A stretch of 19,502 bases of DNA. Origin: Tubiluchus corallicola. Taxonomy: Eukaryota; Animalia; Priapulida. The stretch covers positions 1 to 19,502 of the forward strand of contig JAQGDQ010001952.1 in assembly GCA_030141605.1 (NCBI GenBank), read 5' to 3'. Of this stretch, positions 1 to 10,128 are shown piece by piece; the first letter of the stretch is position 1, and each line of letters begins with the position of its first letter. The translations under genes and the position numbers were made by a program. The notes under the pieces were generated by a model. That model was not told the origin of the DNA, did no database searches, and worked only from the letters and a program-made list of their open reading frames with translations.

Positions 1-1037
1 CATAGAAAAGAAGCCACCGAAAACTGTATTTATGAATTTCAAACTTTTTTTCTTCAGAGTCTCATTCCATCTATTGTAGACATTACAATACATGAAATGA
101 AGACAATACATGTCATATATTTCTTTCACTTTTTAAAAGAGTTTTAACAGACAGGTAAATTATATTTGTGGGATGGTCATACCTTACATGTCATATTAGT
201 TTGAAAATTTTGTTCTGGGTAATTTGTAAAGCTTCCAGATTACTTTTATATACACCACCCCAATCAATCCAATTTTTGCACAAGTGTAGGTACAACCAGT
301 TCATTTTAATGTGTGCCTATGTTCCATTGTTAGTAAATAGATTGACAGTATGTAGTTACTACCTTCGATTTCTGTTATTGGAGTTATTGATGGATTTGAA
401 GTTCAAGTCTAGGTTTTCACTGAGAATAAAAGTGATTTCATTTGAAATTCACTGTAGAAATTGAAAAACTCAAATTCTTATTAATGTTGTTTCTGAAATC
501 TAAACAAGAAGTGTTGTACTTAATGTGTTTCTTCATGCTCAAAGTTGTTTTAAGTTTCAGTAATATTTGTGTACTACTTTGTTCAGGATTATTCATTGAG
601 TTCATTAACACTTGATTTACATGCCAGCAGGCGCACTGCCAACTACAGTTGATACTACTTCAAAATTCTAGATGAACACTTATTTAGCTTGACTTAGTTA
701 ACAGAATTTGTTTTCAACTTCAAAGAAGGGAAGGTGTAACAATGCCATACATATGGTTTGTGTAGATCAAAGATCTCGGTGATTGCTTAGCAGTGTTCTG
801 CATTCTAGACTGTCTTGCTGTCCTGATGTTCTTTGTTTAAGTTCCTAATTAGTTCAATAAATACTACTTTATTACACACGCATTTGTCTGGTTGCTAATA
901 TTATTGAAGCGTGTAACATACAACACAGACATCTAAGCCACTTTGTTTGCTGATAACTGTATCTCTTGCAGTCTTGCATTTTGTTAATGAATAATGAATA
1001 ATTAATCTACTAATGAATAAATCATGTGTCTTTGCAG

Positions 1038-1162
1038 CAAATACAGACAGAAAAGTGCGGAGTGTGCGCAAAGTCTGTGTATGCAGCAGAGAGGATGGAA
1101 GCCGGGAACAAACCGTTTCATAAAGCCTGTTTCAAATGTTCCGTGTGCAGATGGACGCTGAC
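1038..1162 (+). CDS. Penultimate coding exon of a LIM-domain protein (N-terminal part of LIM domain)
   Basis: Acceptor tttgcAG (1036-1037) and donor GTaagc (1163). Reads QIQTEKCGVCAKSVYAAERMEAGNKPFHKACFKCSVCRWTL(T) = C-x2-C-x17-H-x2-C-x2-C-x2-C and ends in phase 2. Upstream exons lie outside the window or are unidentified. Confidence 0.93.
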
Positions 1163-1210
1163 GTAAGCCGCTTATAATGTCATAATTTATACTGTAACAA
1201 AAGTGATGCT

Positions 1211-1463
<253 letters not shown>

Positions 1464-1714
1464 AAAGTGATGCTAATCCTCTTCATAGCTAATTTACAAT
1501 GTGGCAGATCTTTGTTGCTCACTATTTTTCACTCTTTAAAAATCTGACTAGCATTAGTGATCAAGCATACACAATACTATATCTGGTGTATACTCAGTAT
1601 ATAATCTAACGCCAAATTTATTTTTTAGACTCTAATTTTTTTGTATAATAATCACCCAAAAAAATTTCTGCGCTGTAAATAAACTTGTATTTTTAATAAG
1701 GGGCAGCTGCTTAA

Positions 1715-2392
1715 AGGACAAGAAAAGGGGTACCTGAAGTAGATTTCAGAAAAATCGTCATAAAAAATTATATTACTTTATAGCAATTTTATGCGTATAT
1801 CTTACTCGCACTGAAAGGAATTTTAGTTTGTTTTCATTTTAAATCTCCGGCAATACTGTTCCGAAGTCGCCATTACATGACGTCATGTACCAAACGTAAA
1901 TCAAGGGAAGAAAAGGCAATGTTAAATTATGTCTCAAAAGACTTTCCCTGCAAATCTATATTTCTTAGATTTTACCTGCTAGAGAGACTTATGTAACTAG
2001 AAAAGAAAATTATTAATTATTTAAAATGTTTTCACCAATTGGTAAAATGTCACTGACTCACCCTCCAGGGTGCACAACTCACTAATCAAAAAACCTATTT
2101 TTAATCTTATTGACAAGATACAGTAATTTTAAATTTTATTTAGTTAGTGACGTGTGCGCTACGAATGCTCTGATTATTTTTCAAACTTTACAAAATGTTA
2201 TCTAAACTTGTTTCAAATGACCTGTCATGAAAATGGCTGCGTCTAACGGTCATCGCGGGAGTTTAAATTTACATTTTTTATACAGCGTGACTGCCGATTC
2301 AAGTCCTACATGCAAAAAGGCAGTATGTAAGCGATATAAAATTTCAAAACGAATTTTTCAAGCTTGATGTTTATAAAGGGTTTTCTTGTGCT
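1715..2392 (+). mobile_element. Non-autonomous Kolobok-like DNA element, family A copy 1
   Basis: TTAA at 1711-1714 and 2393-2396. Ends AGGACAAGAAAA / TTTTCTTGTGCT (11/12 inverted match) with weaker similarity inward. An inverted homologue lies at 13175-14490. Confidence 0.72.
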
Positions 2393-2403
2393 TTAAATCT
2401 TAA

Positions 2404-2797
2404 AGCAAAACAAGACCCAATCCTAAACTCTAGGTCAAAACAATCTACTCTTTAAAATATTGAAAGGAAACATACTATTTTTCACGGCTTACGTGAAAGA
2501 ATTATTACGGACTAACACAATTTTGCGTTCGCCCCACTAGTTCTTCGCTGTTACATGCATTTTGCCTTTCGCGAATTTAGACGGGCACTAGCGCCTGCAT
2601 TTCGGAAACACATTTCGCACAAAACACGTGCCGCATCTCTCAGTTCAGATATGTTAGTTTGTGACGAACTACACACGTTCGACAGCAAATGCGAGAGTAC
2701 AGCGGTAAATTTGAATTTTTAATTTTTATCTTAAAAGTTGCCTAGTTTTAGTACAACACACTGAACATCTTACAGTAGCACTGTACTTCAATTTTCG
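2404..2797 (+). mobile_element. Kolobok-like element, family B copy 1 (truncated)
   Basis: Begins after TTAA 2400-2403 with AGCAAAACAAGACCCAATCC. Collinear with the reverse complement of about 5410-6100 (e.g. CCACTAGTTCTTCGCTGTTACATGCATTT) and with 6724-6960. Confidence 0.72.
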
Positions 2798-3069
2798 TTT
2801 ACATTTTTTATACAGCATGACTGCCGATTAGAGGCTATTATTTTTAAAGTCATCCTCGTTCAAGGGGTGCAAACTCTTCATTAGAGAGGAAAATAGCTGG
2901 GGGTGGTATGATAGATGAAACAGTTTTTGCATTGGTTCCCAATCCATTTTAGTGAACAGATTTGGCACTGCTTAACTTCAACTGCTAAATACACCATGAC
3001 CACACAGCTATTAACCTCAATCCAGAGTTTTGCTAATCCTCGGAAACCTTTGTTCTTTTGGCACTCAGA

Positions 3070-3375
3070 GGCAGCACCTATTACTAAAGCGGTGGCAGGA
3101 TCAGAACTCAAATAATTATCAACGATTATCCTCTAAATTATTATATTGATCTTCAGTTCAAATCATTCTCATCCGTAATCAATTATTTAATCAATTGATT
3201 GTCAATTATCGATCAATATTTATCAACTAATTACGACATTGTTTTAACACTCTGGGCAGCATCTTACTAATCTTACGAAAGGTGTGGCAAGACCAGAATT
3301 CAAATAATTATCGAGGAATATTCCTCTAGATTCTAGAATCATTCTCACCAGTAATCGATTATTTATCAATTATTT
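3070..3375. repeat. Diverged direct duplication (period about 185 bp) at the intron 3' end
   Basis: GGCAGCA..., TCAAATAATTATC, AATCATTCTCA and GTAATC blocks occur in the same order at about 3070-3200 and 3255-3375. Confidence 0.7.
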
Positions 3376-3379
3376 ACAG

Positions 3380-3476
3380 GTTAACCAATTACAGTCAAAA
3401 TGAAGGAGTCTTGTACTGCAAAAACCACTTCGCTTCACACGTTACCGCCAAGAACACGCAGACTGTGTCACATTAG
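3380..3476 (+). CDS. Last coding exon of the LIM-domain protein
   Basis: Acceptor tttacAG (3378-3379). The first G completes the split codon AC|G, then LTNYSQNEGVLYCKNHFASHVTAKNTQTVSH* (TAG 3474-3476), supplying the final x17-C-x2-H. Spacing is of the CRP/LIMD2/EPLIN type; orthology cannot be assigned. Confidence 0.92.
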
Positions 3477-3506
3477 CGGGAACCAGCGCCATCTACTGCC
3501 AGATAC

Positions 3507-3512
3507 AATAAA
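3507..3512 (+). promoter_or_regulatory. Candidate polyadenylation signal of the LIM gene
   Basis: First AATAAA, 30 nt after the stop. AATAAA is common in this AT-rich DNA, so support is weak. Confidence 0.3.
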
Positions 3513-3624
3513 CTTCTCATTGCATTGCTGTGCTAAGCTTTCGTCTATGACTGTAGGCATTATGAGAACATGGCAGCTTTGTACAGAATAGTTGTGTCTA
3601 TTAAGTAGTTTGCAATAGAGTTAA

Positions 3625-4084
3625 CCCTTTCAGTCCCGTTGTATCCCGTGGGATACGAGAATATTTTCTGCCTTTAAAATTAATAAAATTTTAAAACTGA
3701 CAGTTATTTGATCTGTTAATAGTTATTTTGATTTAAGCCAATAACAATAGACTAAAAATGGTGATAAAATGGCAAACTAGAAAATCTACATAGCATAAAA
3801 AACTGTGCAAGGTACAGTACTTTAGAGACGACTTTGTACAGATCAGCATAGCATGCATACTAAATGTCTTAAATACTTTAAAAAATTATCAGCAGTTGCA
3901 AAATGAAGCACATTTTACGCTTCCATTGAATCCCAATGTATCCCGTGGGATACAGGCTATACTTAGCACGCGGGCACAGGTAGAAAAAAATAATTATTAT
4001 GTGTAAACAAGATGGACATACTGAACGAAAGTACCAAGCAAAAAATTTTTTTCTTATTAAAAAAATAATTTGGGACTGAAAGGG
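3625..4084 (+). mobile_element. piggyBac-like MITE, copy 1 (460 bp)
   Basis: TTAA TSD at 3621-3624 and 4085-4088. Perfect 13-bp TIR CCCTTTCAGTCCC / GGGACTGAAAGGG. Near-identical second copy at 10129-10585. Confidence 0.93.
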
Positions 4085-4487
4085 TTAAAGCATACAGGCA
4101 CTGTCTATATTATATTGCTTGTTTTAGTTGCATAGCATGCAAGCTTGATTAAGTTTTATCATGCATTATTAGGTATTGTATTAAATTTTATTATTGCTGT
4201 TCAATATTTTGCTTGTAAAATATATTAAAAAAGTTACCTGCCACAAACAATGTAACTTGAAAGATATCTTTTTCTAGAAAGTTATGTTACACAAATCTAA
4301 TCATACAGTAACCGTTACTTAAAATTTGACAGTAATTTCATTAAATTTCGTGGCTTCGTTCCTGTTGAAACTCTAATGAAACAAAGCATTTTGTTAGGAA
4401 ACCACGGGCTAAACAAAGGTGTTGGCAACGGCTTAGATGGACACTGCGTCGTTTCTGCAACGCTGGATTTGTAAACAATGAAATGTG

Positions 4488-4920
4488 ATTAATTCAATTC
4501 TATTTCAATTTATTTATCTCTTTTTAGTGTTACAATAAAACATGATTAATAAAAGGATCTCTAATAAGTTTTGAAGAATGTTTAAAATGAATAGATAGAT
4601 CTAGAACTAGAGAAAGGATAGCGAAAAGACTATAAAGTCACCTAGTCTGCTATCCTTTACCGAATATAGATCAAATGATTGTTAGACACTGGTGGGCATT
4701 AATGTTATCAGTTTAATTTAGGAAACATTAGTAATTTTTAAAATTATGACATTTGCTATATAATCCAGAGAAAAGAATATACATGTAGTTTAATTAGCGG
4801 CAACAAAATAAGGTCAATCTTGATTAAATTAAAAATTGCATTTAGATTTTATGTGAAATACAGGTCAAAATTGTTATAACATGATAAAAACACTTTGGGT
4901 TAATAATGCTATTAATCAAC
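4488..4920 (-). mobile_element. Probable LINE 3' UTR remnant (L2/Crack-like)
   Basis: Stem-loop AAAGGATAGC (4613-4622) / GCTATCCTTT (4649-4658) with inner AGACTA/TAGTCT, followed on minus by AAATAAATTGAAATAGAATTGAATT, an (ATTGA)n-like tail. The 5' boundary is a guess. Confidence 0.4.
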
Positions 4921-5193
4921 AACAGGAGTTAAATACAATCACAAACGCTGGTGCAACTAAGCACTAAGGACTTCGTGGCGCCATCTAGCGACTAAAATGC
5001 ATAAAATCAAGTTATTAACTTTCTTTGAAAATGACACATTCACAACGGATTTCCTCTTATATAAACCACCAAGAAAATTTTAAAAAAAATTAGAAAATCT
5101 TAAACATTTTCTTTTCTGTTTTTGGGTAAAAGTGAAACTTAATAAAGTACGTTGTATTTGACATTTAAACTTTGGATTTTTGGTAATACTTAA

Positions 5194-6100
5194 GGGAAGA
5201 CAAGATGATTTTTCATGAACTATCCCATTTTTAGTACGGTTAAAAGTATGCATTTTGACACAATTAATACTGCAAAAGTATTTCTGATGATTAAATAATA
5301 GTTTAAAAACTTAGTTAACCACAGTCGAGCCCAACTAGTGATAACATCACAAACTAACATAATTGTCAACAGCCAAAATGTTCCACGAGCGAGTTGCGCA
5401 TGTTTGCAAAAGTACAGTGCTACTGTAAGATGTTCAGTGTGTTGTACTAAAACTAGGCAAGTTTCCAGATAAATATTCAAATTTCAAATTTACCGCTTTG
5501 CTCACGCATGAGCTGTCGAACGTGTGCAGCTCGTCACAAACTAATACATCTAAACTTACAAATACAGCACCTGTTTTTTTTGCGCAGTAGCTGATGTCAG
5601 TCTAACTATCGAATGTAGAAATGCATGTAACAGCGAAGAACTAGTGGCGCGAACGCGAAATTGTGTTTGTGAGGTAAGAATTTTTTTACGTAAGGCATTT
5701 TTTAAAAGATAGTATGTTTCCTTGGTAATCGTTTAGTAATGTTGCTAACGTGATTGCGTACCTCCAGAAAAGGTTACGTACCACTTTATACAACTGCAGT
5801 TTCTAGCAGTTTATTTTGTTTGTGCTTGGGAAGTAATATTTGTTTACGTAAGTCATTTTTTAAAAGATAGTATGTTTCCTTGGTAATCGTTTAGCAATGT
5901 TGCTAACGTGATTGCATACCTCCAGAAAAAGTTACGTACCACTCTATACAACTGCAGTTTCTAGTGGTTAAATTTATTTGTGTGCGTGAGGTAATAATTG
6001 TTTTACGTAAGTCATTCTTGAAAAAATAGAAGGTTTCCTTTCTTTATTTTAAGGAGTAGATTATTTGGACCTACAGTTTAGGGTTGGGTCCGATTCTGCT
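5194..6100 (-). mobile_element. Kolobok-like element, family B copy 2 (apparently full length)
   Basis: TTAA at 5190-5193 and ATAA at 6101-6104. Reverse-complement homology to 2404-2797 and 6724-7472. Confidence 0.72.
5669..6040. repeat. Tandem repeat, 158-159-bp unit, about 2.3 copies, inside family B copy 2
   Basis: TTACGTAAG anchor recurs with its central G at 5690, 5848 and 6007. The first two units are highly similar. Confidence 0.9.
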
Positions 6101-6723
6101 ATAACAGACCCAGTTTCTGTATTTTCAAATTTTCTCTTATCCAATATTGTTTAAGACAAACTTGCTCTCTATAGGGACATCAATTCCCACAAATTGATGT
6201 CATAAACCATTATCCAGACATGGCTTCATTGACTTAGTTTGCAATAATTATAGTATGGACTCTGTTGGCTTCATAAGTGCACATGTTGGGCTGTTCAACG
6301 CTAGGGAATGTTGTAATCGCATAATTTTGATAATAATTTTTGCCAAACATGTTTACGAAACTCCATCGAGAGTTTGTAAACATGAGTATCGCCATCAGAC
6401 AAACATATTTTATGTCAAAGATGTCATTGTCACAGCCAAACATTAATTTTTTTCAGTTGTAACGATTTCAATGTTATTAAAAATATTTCGTAAATGATAA
6501 ACAATACATGTAACGTAACTGTATTTATGTGCTGCTGTTTCTGTTACGTTGCTTACGTGGCGACATCGTGCGTGAAAATTTTAAAACTTAGCTCATAACT
6601 CTCAGTGTTAATGCGATGCCTATGTTTGTAAACGCATGCGCAGTAATCTAAGTAATGCAAAAACAAGGAGAACTTGTTTCTGATAACCAATGTCATCCTC
6701 TTTCGACAATAAACAAATTATAA

Positions 6724-7472
6724 AGGAAAGCCGGGTCCAATCTTAAGCAACAGGACAAAACAATCTACAACTATAAAATACTGAAAGGAATGCCACTCAG
6801 TTGAAATGTGTTCGTTTCCAACGTAGTTCACACGTTCCAGAACTCTTGGAAATGAGCACAGTGGTAAATTTGAAATTTGAATTTTTATCTTAAAATTTGC
6901 CGAGATTTGTGTACATGACACTGGATGTGGTACAGTAGCACTGTACTTCAATTTTCGCTTTTGCAAACGCGTGCAACACGCTCGCTGAATGTTTGAGCTG
7001 TTGAAAACTATGTTCATTTGTGATGTCATCATTAATTAGGCCGGCCCGTCATTAAATAACTTTTTAATGCATTACAGTCTAACCTCGTTATCTCGCCACT
7101 AGATTAATTATGTCTGTCTATCGATTACAGCAGCATTGTCTACATACCGCGGTTACATTGATCGACACGCGGCATATATATTGATCGATTCACCTCTGAG
7201 TTTGTCTGTTTGGCGACATAACGAATATAGTTTACATAAGCACTCATCCTAGCATGACGTGGCGAGGGCGAGAAGCGAGGGTGGCGACTTAACGAGGTAA
7301 ATATCAAAGCAGGAAATCCGTCCTGGTACTTTCTCTGGCGGGAGACGAGTTTGGCGGCATAACGAGGGGCGAGATAACGAGGCCAGACTGTATTTGATCG
7401 TCATGATTTTGCTTTTACTTTTGCAAAACCTTTACTGTACTTCAAAATGCAGGTAGGGTATCCTGTTTTCCA
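6724..7472 (+). mobile_element. Kolobok-like element, family B copy 3, interrupted by a MITE
   Basis: Starts AGGAAAGCCGGGTCCAATC and ends ATCCTGTTTTCCA|TTGA. Collinear with copy 2 on both sides of the 7075-7390 insertion. Confidence 0.68.
7075..7390. mobile_element. Tc1/mariner-pogo-type MITE (316 bp)
   Basis: TA TSD at 7073-7074 and 7391-7392. 23-bp TIR CAGTCTAACCTCGTTATCTCGCC matches its partner at 21/23. Extra GGCG(n)3TAACGA copies lie near 7212, 7284 and 7353. Confidence 0.9.
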
Positions 7473-7540
7473 TTGAGTTTGGTTAAAACAACCGTCACAA
7501 TTCGCCAGTAATTATTTTAACATTAAATTGTATAAAGTAA

Positions 7541-7940
7541 AGATGATGTTGTTGGCATCCTTCTGTCTCGGAAGACAATGGAATGTGCGTTAAGAGAGTC
7601 AGTTATTGATCACATTGATGGAGCTGCAGCGTCGACTGTGGCTGAGCAGTGCGACCTTGAACGTCTCCAGGGCGCACGCCTGGGCAAGGTGTATGGAGAT
7701 CCTGAGTTGCCCAGACAACAGGAACCCCCTCTCTTCCTCGCTGGTGTAGCCCAAAGGAAGCCAGAGCAACACGTTTGGCACCAGGTTGGCTGCAGGAGCT
7801 GCTGGAGTCAGTGAGCATGCTGCAGTGGTCCGCCTTCGGAGCTCCACTCCTGATTTGGAAGGTTTTGGATCACTTGACCTCCTCCGCCGTCTAGCCGTTG
7901 GCTGCTTGTGTAGCTCCTCTGCCTAGTGTGGAGACACAGT
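7541..7940 (-). mobile_element. Degenerate CR1-like LINE ORF2 C-terminus and 3' tail
   Basis: GC-rich. Frameshifted minus-strand peptides CVSTL/AEELHKQPTARRRRRS/TFQIRSG...LAQACALETFKVALLS follow the remembered order of CR1-group ORF2 C-terminal motifs. Ends in CAACAACATCATC. Confidence 0.55.
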
Positions 7941-7946
7941 GTGAGC

Positions 7947-8053
7947 AGCCTACAGCACCTGGTATGCCTAGTCGGTCACCCATCCAAGTACTAAACAGGC
8001 TCTACGTTGCTTAACTTCGGGAACCGGTGTTTTCAACGTGATTTGGCCGTAGC
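7947..8053 (-). pseudogene. 5S rRNA-derived sequence (pseudogene or SINE3-like head)
   Basis: Minus strand GCTACGGCCAAATCACGTTGAAAACACCGGTTC^CCGAAGTTAAGCAACGTAGAGCCTGTTTAGTACTTGGATGGGTGACCGACTAGGCATACCAGGTGCTGTAGGCT resembles invertebrate 5S rRNA with an internal deletion of about 11 nt at 8020/8021. Box A (8005-8016) and box C (7974-7986) are retained; no T-run terminator follows. Confidence 0.92.
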
Positions 8054-8702
8054 TATGTTGATGTATTATGATGATGATGACGTAACTATGTTGATATATT
8101 ATGATGATGATGTAGCTATGTTGATGTATTATGATGATGATGATGACGTAGCTATGATGATGTATTATGATGATGATGACGTAGCTATGTTGATGTATTA
8201 TGATGATGATGACGTAGCTATGATGATGTATTATGATGATGATGACGTAGCTATGTTGATGTATTATGATGATGATGACGTAGCTATGTTGATGTATTAT
8301 GATGATGATGATGATGACGTAGCTATGATGATGTATTATGATGATGATGATGACGTAGCTATGTTGATGTATTATGATGATGAAGATGATGTATTATGAT
8401 GATGATGACGTAGCTATATTGATGTATTATGATGATGATGACGTTGCTATGATGATGTATTATGATGATAATGACATAGCTATGATGATGTATTATGATG
8501 ATGATGACGTAGCTATGTTGATGTATTATGATGATGATGATGTAGCTATGATGATGTATTATGATGATGATGACGTAGCTATGATGATGTATTATGATGA
8601 TGATGATGATGATGATGATGTAGCTATGATGATGATGACGTAGCTATGATGATGTATTATGATGATGATGATGATGATGATGATGATGTAGCTATGATGA
8701 TG
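8048..8702. repeat. Minisatellite CGTAGCTATG(A/T)TGATGTATT(ATG)nA, about 33-bp unit, about 20 copies
   Basis: Seen directly; unit length varies with the number of ATG triplets. Confidence 0.97.
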
Positions 8703-8959
8703 TGTTTTTGCGTTAAAAGCAACTCCTGGAAGAAATGTAAATGCCTTGACAGTCTGTTAGCAAATATTAAAAGAACAAAATCACTAGCCAAAATGTTGAA
8801 ATATCTTCAATAACAGAAACATTTGTCAAAGCTGTAAACTTACGATCTTCAACACTCATATAGCCACCTGGCGGCACTTTCATAATTATAATCTGAACAA
8901 ACTTAAGGTTGCTCATAATAAATCAATGCGAAAATTTTTCAATTACCAGTTCGATCACA

Positions 8960-9317
8960 GTGCCAGGGACATTTCTGTGACGCATAAATTAGTGTACTTT
9001 GATGTTATTTACAGGAAAAGCATTTACAGTCTGGATACTAGAATTTCAAACAGTAAAAACTGTATCTATCGTTGTATACAACGATATTCGCTAGTGATGC
9101 TTTATTTACTTCCAGTATAAGAAAGATTTGGAGAAAGAAATAGCATTCTTAATTTTTACATTGTTGATATTCATTGATATAATGACTAAAGCGAAATATT
9201 TTTACTATTATTTGTAATGTTGTTTTGTTTGTGTGCTTGTGTGTTTACTTACTTGTATTTTTTAACTTGTACTAATATGATATTAACGAAAGTTTGAAAT
9301 GAAAATGTAAATCACAT

Positions 9318-9321
<4 letters not shown>
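8960..9321 (+). mobile_element. Probable L1/Tx1-like LINE 3' remnant
   Basis: Peptides DISVTHKLVYFDV...SKNCIYRC and, after a frameshift, YFQYKKDLEKEIAF resemble the remembered Tx1 ORF2 C-terminus (IFG...KYYIYKC...IEKxIA). A T/G-rich UTR and an (AAATC)-like tail follow. Confidence 0.42.
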
Positions 9322-9591
<270 letters not shown>

Positions 9592-9877
9592 ACTCTTTTA
9601 AAGTTGTACTACTTATTGTTGTGACGTCGTTGTTCTTAAGGCAACTTGGAGTTCTCATTCCTGTCTTTGTAACTGTTACGGCTCTAACAACGTAAGTTAT
9701 TGTTAATTTCAATACAGTCTACATAGTTTTTATATCAGTACTTAGTTATAGCAATACATTTAATCATGCAAATAATTTCTTCTACTCAATGCAAATTAAA
9801 CTAAATGTTAATAATTGTCTTTCAGAATAAAGAAACTTTTGTTCAACACGTTAATCTGATGTTTTGTATCCATTTCA

Positions 9878-10120
9878 AAGGTCTTGAAAGAAACATCAGC
9901 TAGGAAGATAAAATGCAGGAAATTCAACTCCGAGATCACCGGAAGACAGTTCACTTGTTAAAATTTTCTATGAATCAGTTCAACCATCAAAGAAGCCAAG
10001 AGGAGGTAGACTGGTCACGTGGACTAATTTCACACAAAAAGGGTTCAATGGAACATCTCTAGCTTGAAAATGAGATACTGCTCTTCTGAGACCTGCCATA
10101 GTCATAAAGAGGAGAAAATG
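9878..10120 (+). mobile_element. Probable RTE-clade LINE ORF2 C-terminal remnant
   Basis: KVLKETSARKIK then (frameshift) GNSTPRSPEDSSLVKIFYESVQPSKKPRGGRLVTWTNFTQK resembles the RTE motif GHxxRxxxxxxxK...KRPRGRPxxxW. Stops follow. Confidence 0.5.
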
Positions 10121-10128
10121 CCCATTAA

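Noticed and set aside
3400-3591. 63-aa ORF from the track
   Set aside because: Wrong frame; the real exon uses another frame from 3380 and stops at 3476.
7578-7847. Overlapping GC-rich ORFs as a host exon
   Set aside because: Recognisable motifs are spread over several minus-strand frames, which fits a decayed LINE ORF2 better.
7947-8053. Functional 5S rRNA gene
   Set aside because: Internal deletion of about 11 nt, no oligo-T terminator, and not in a tandem array.
8007-8643. Asp/Tyr/Met-rich ORFs resembling acidic biomineralisation proteins
   Set aside because: Translation of an (ATG)n minisatellite. The first ORF starts in antisense 5S sequence, has no signal peptide or splice context, and frameshifts mid-array.
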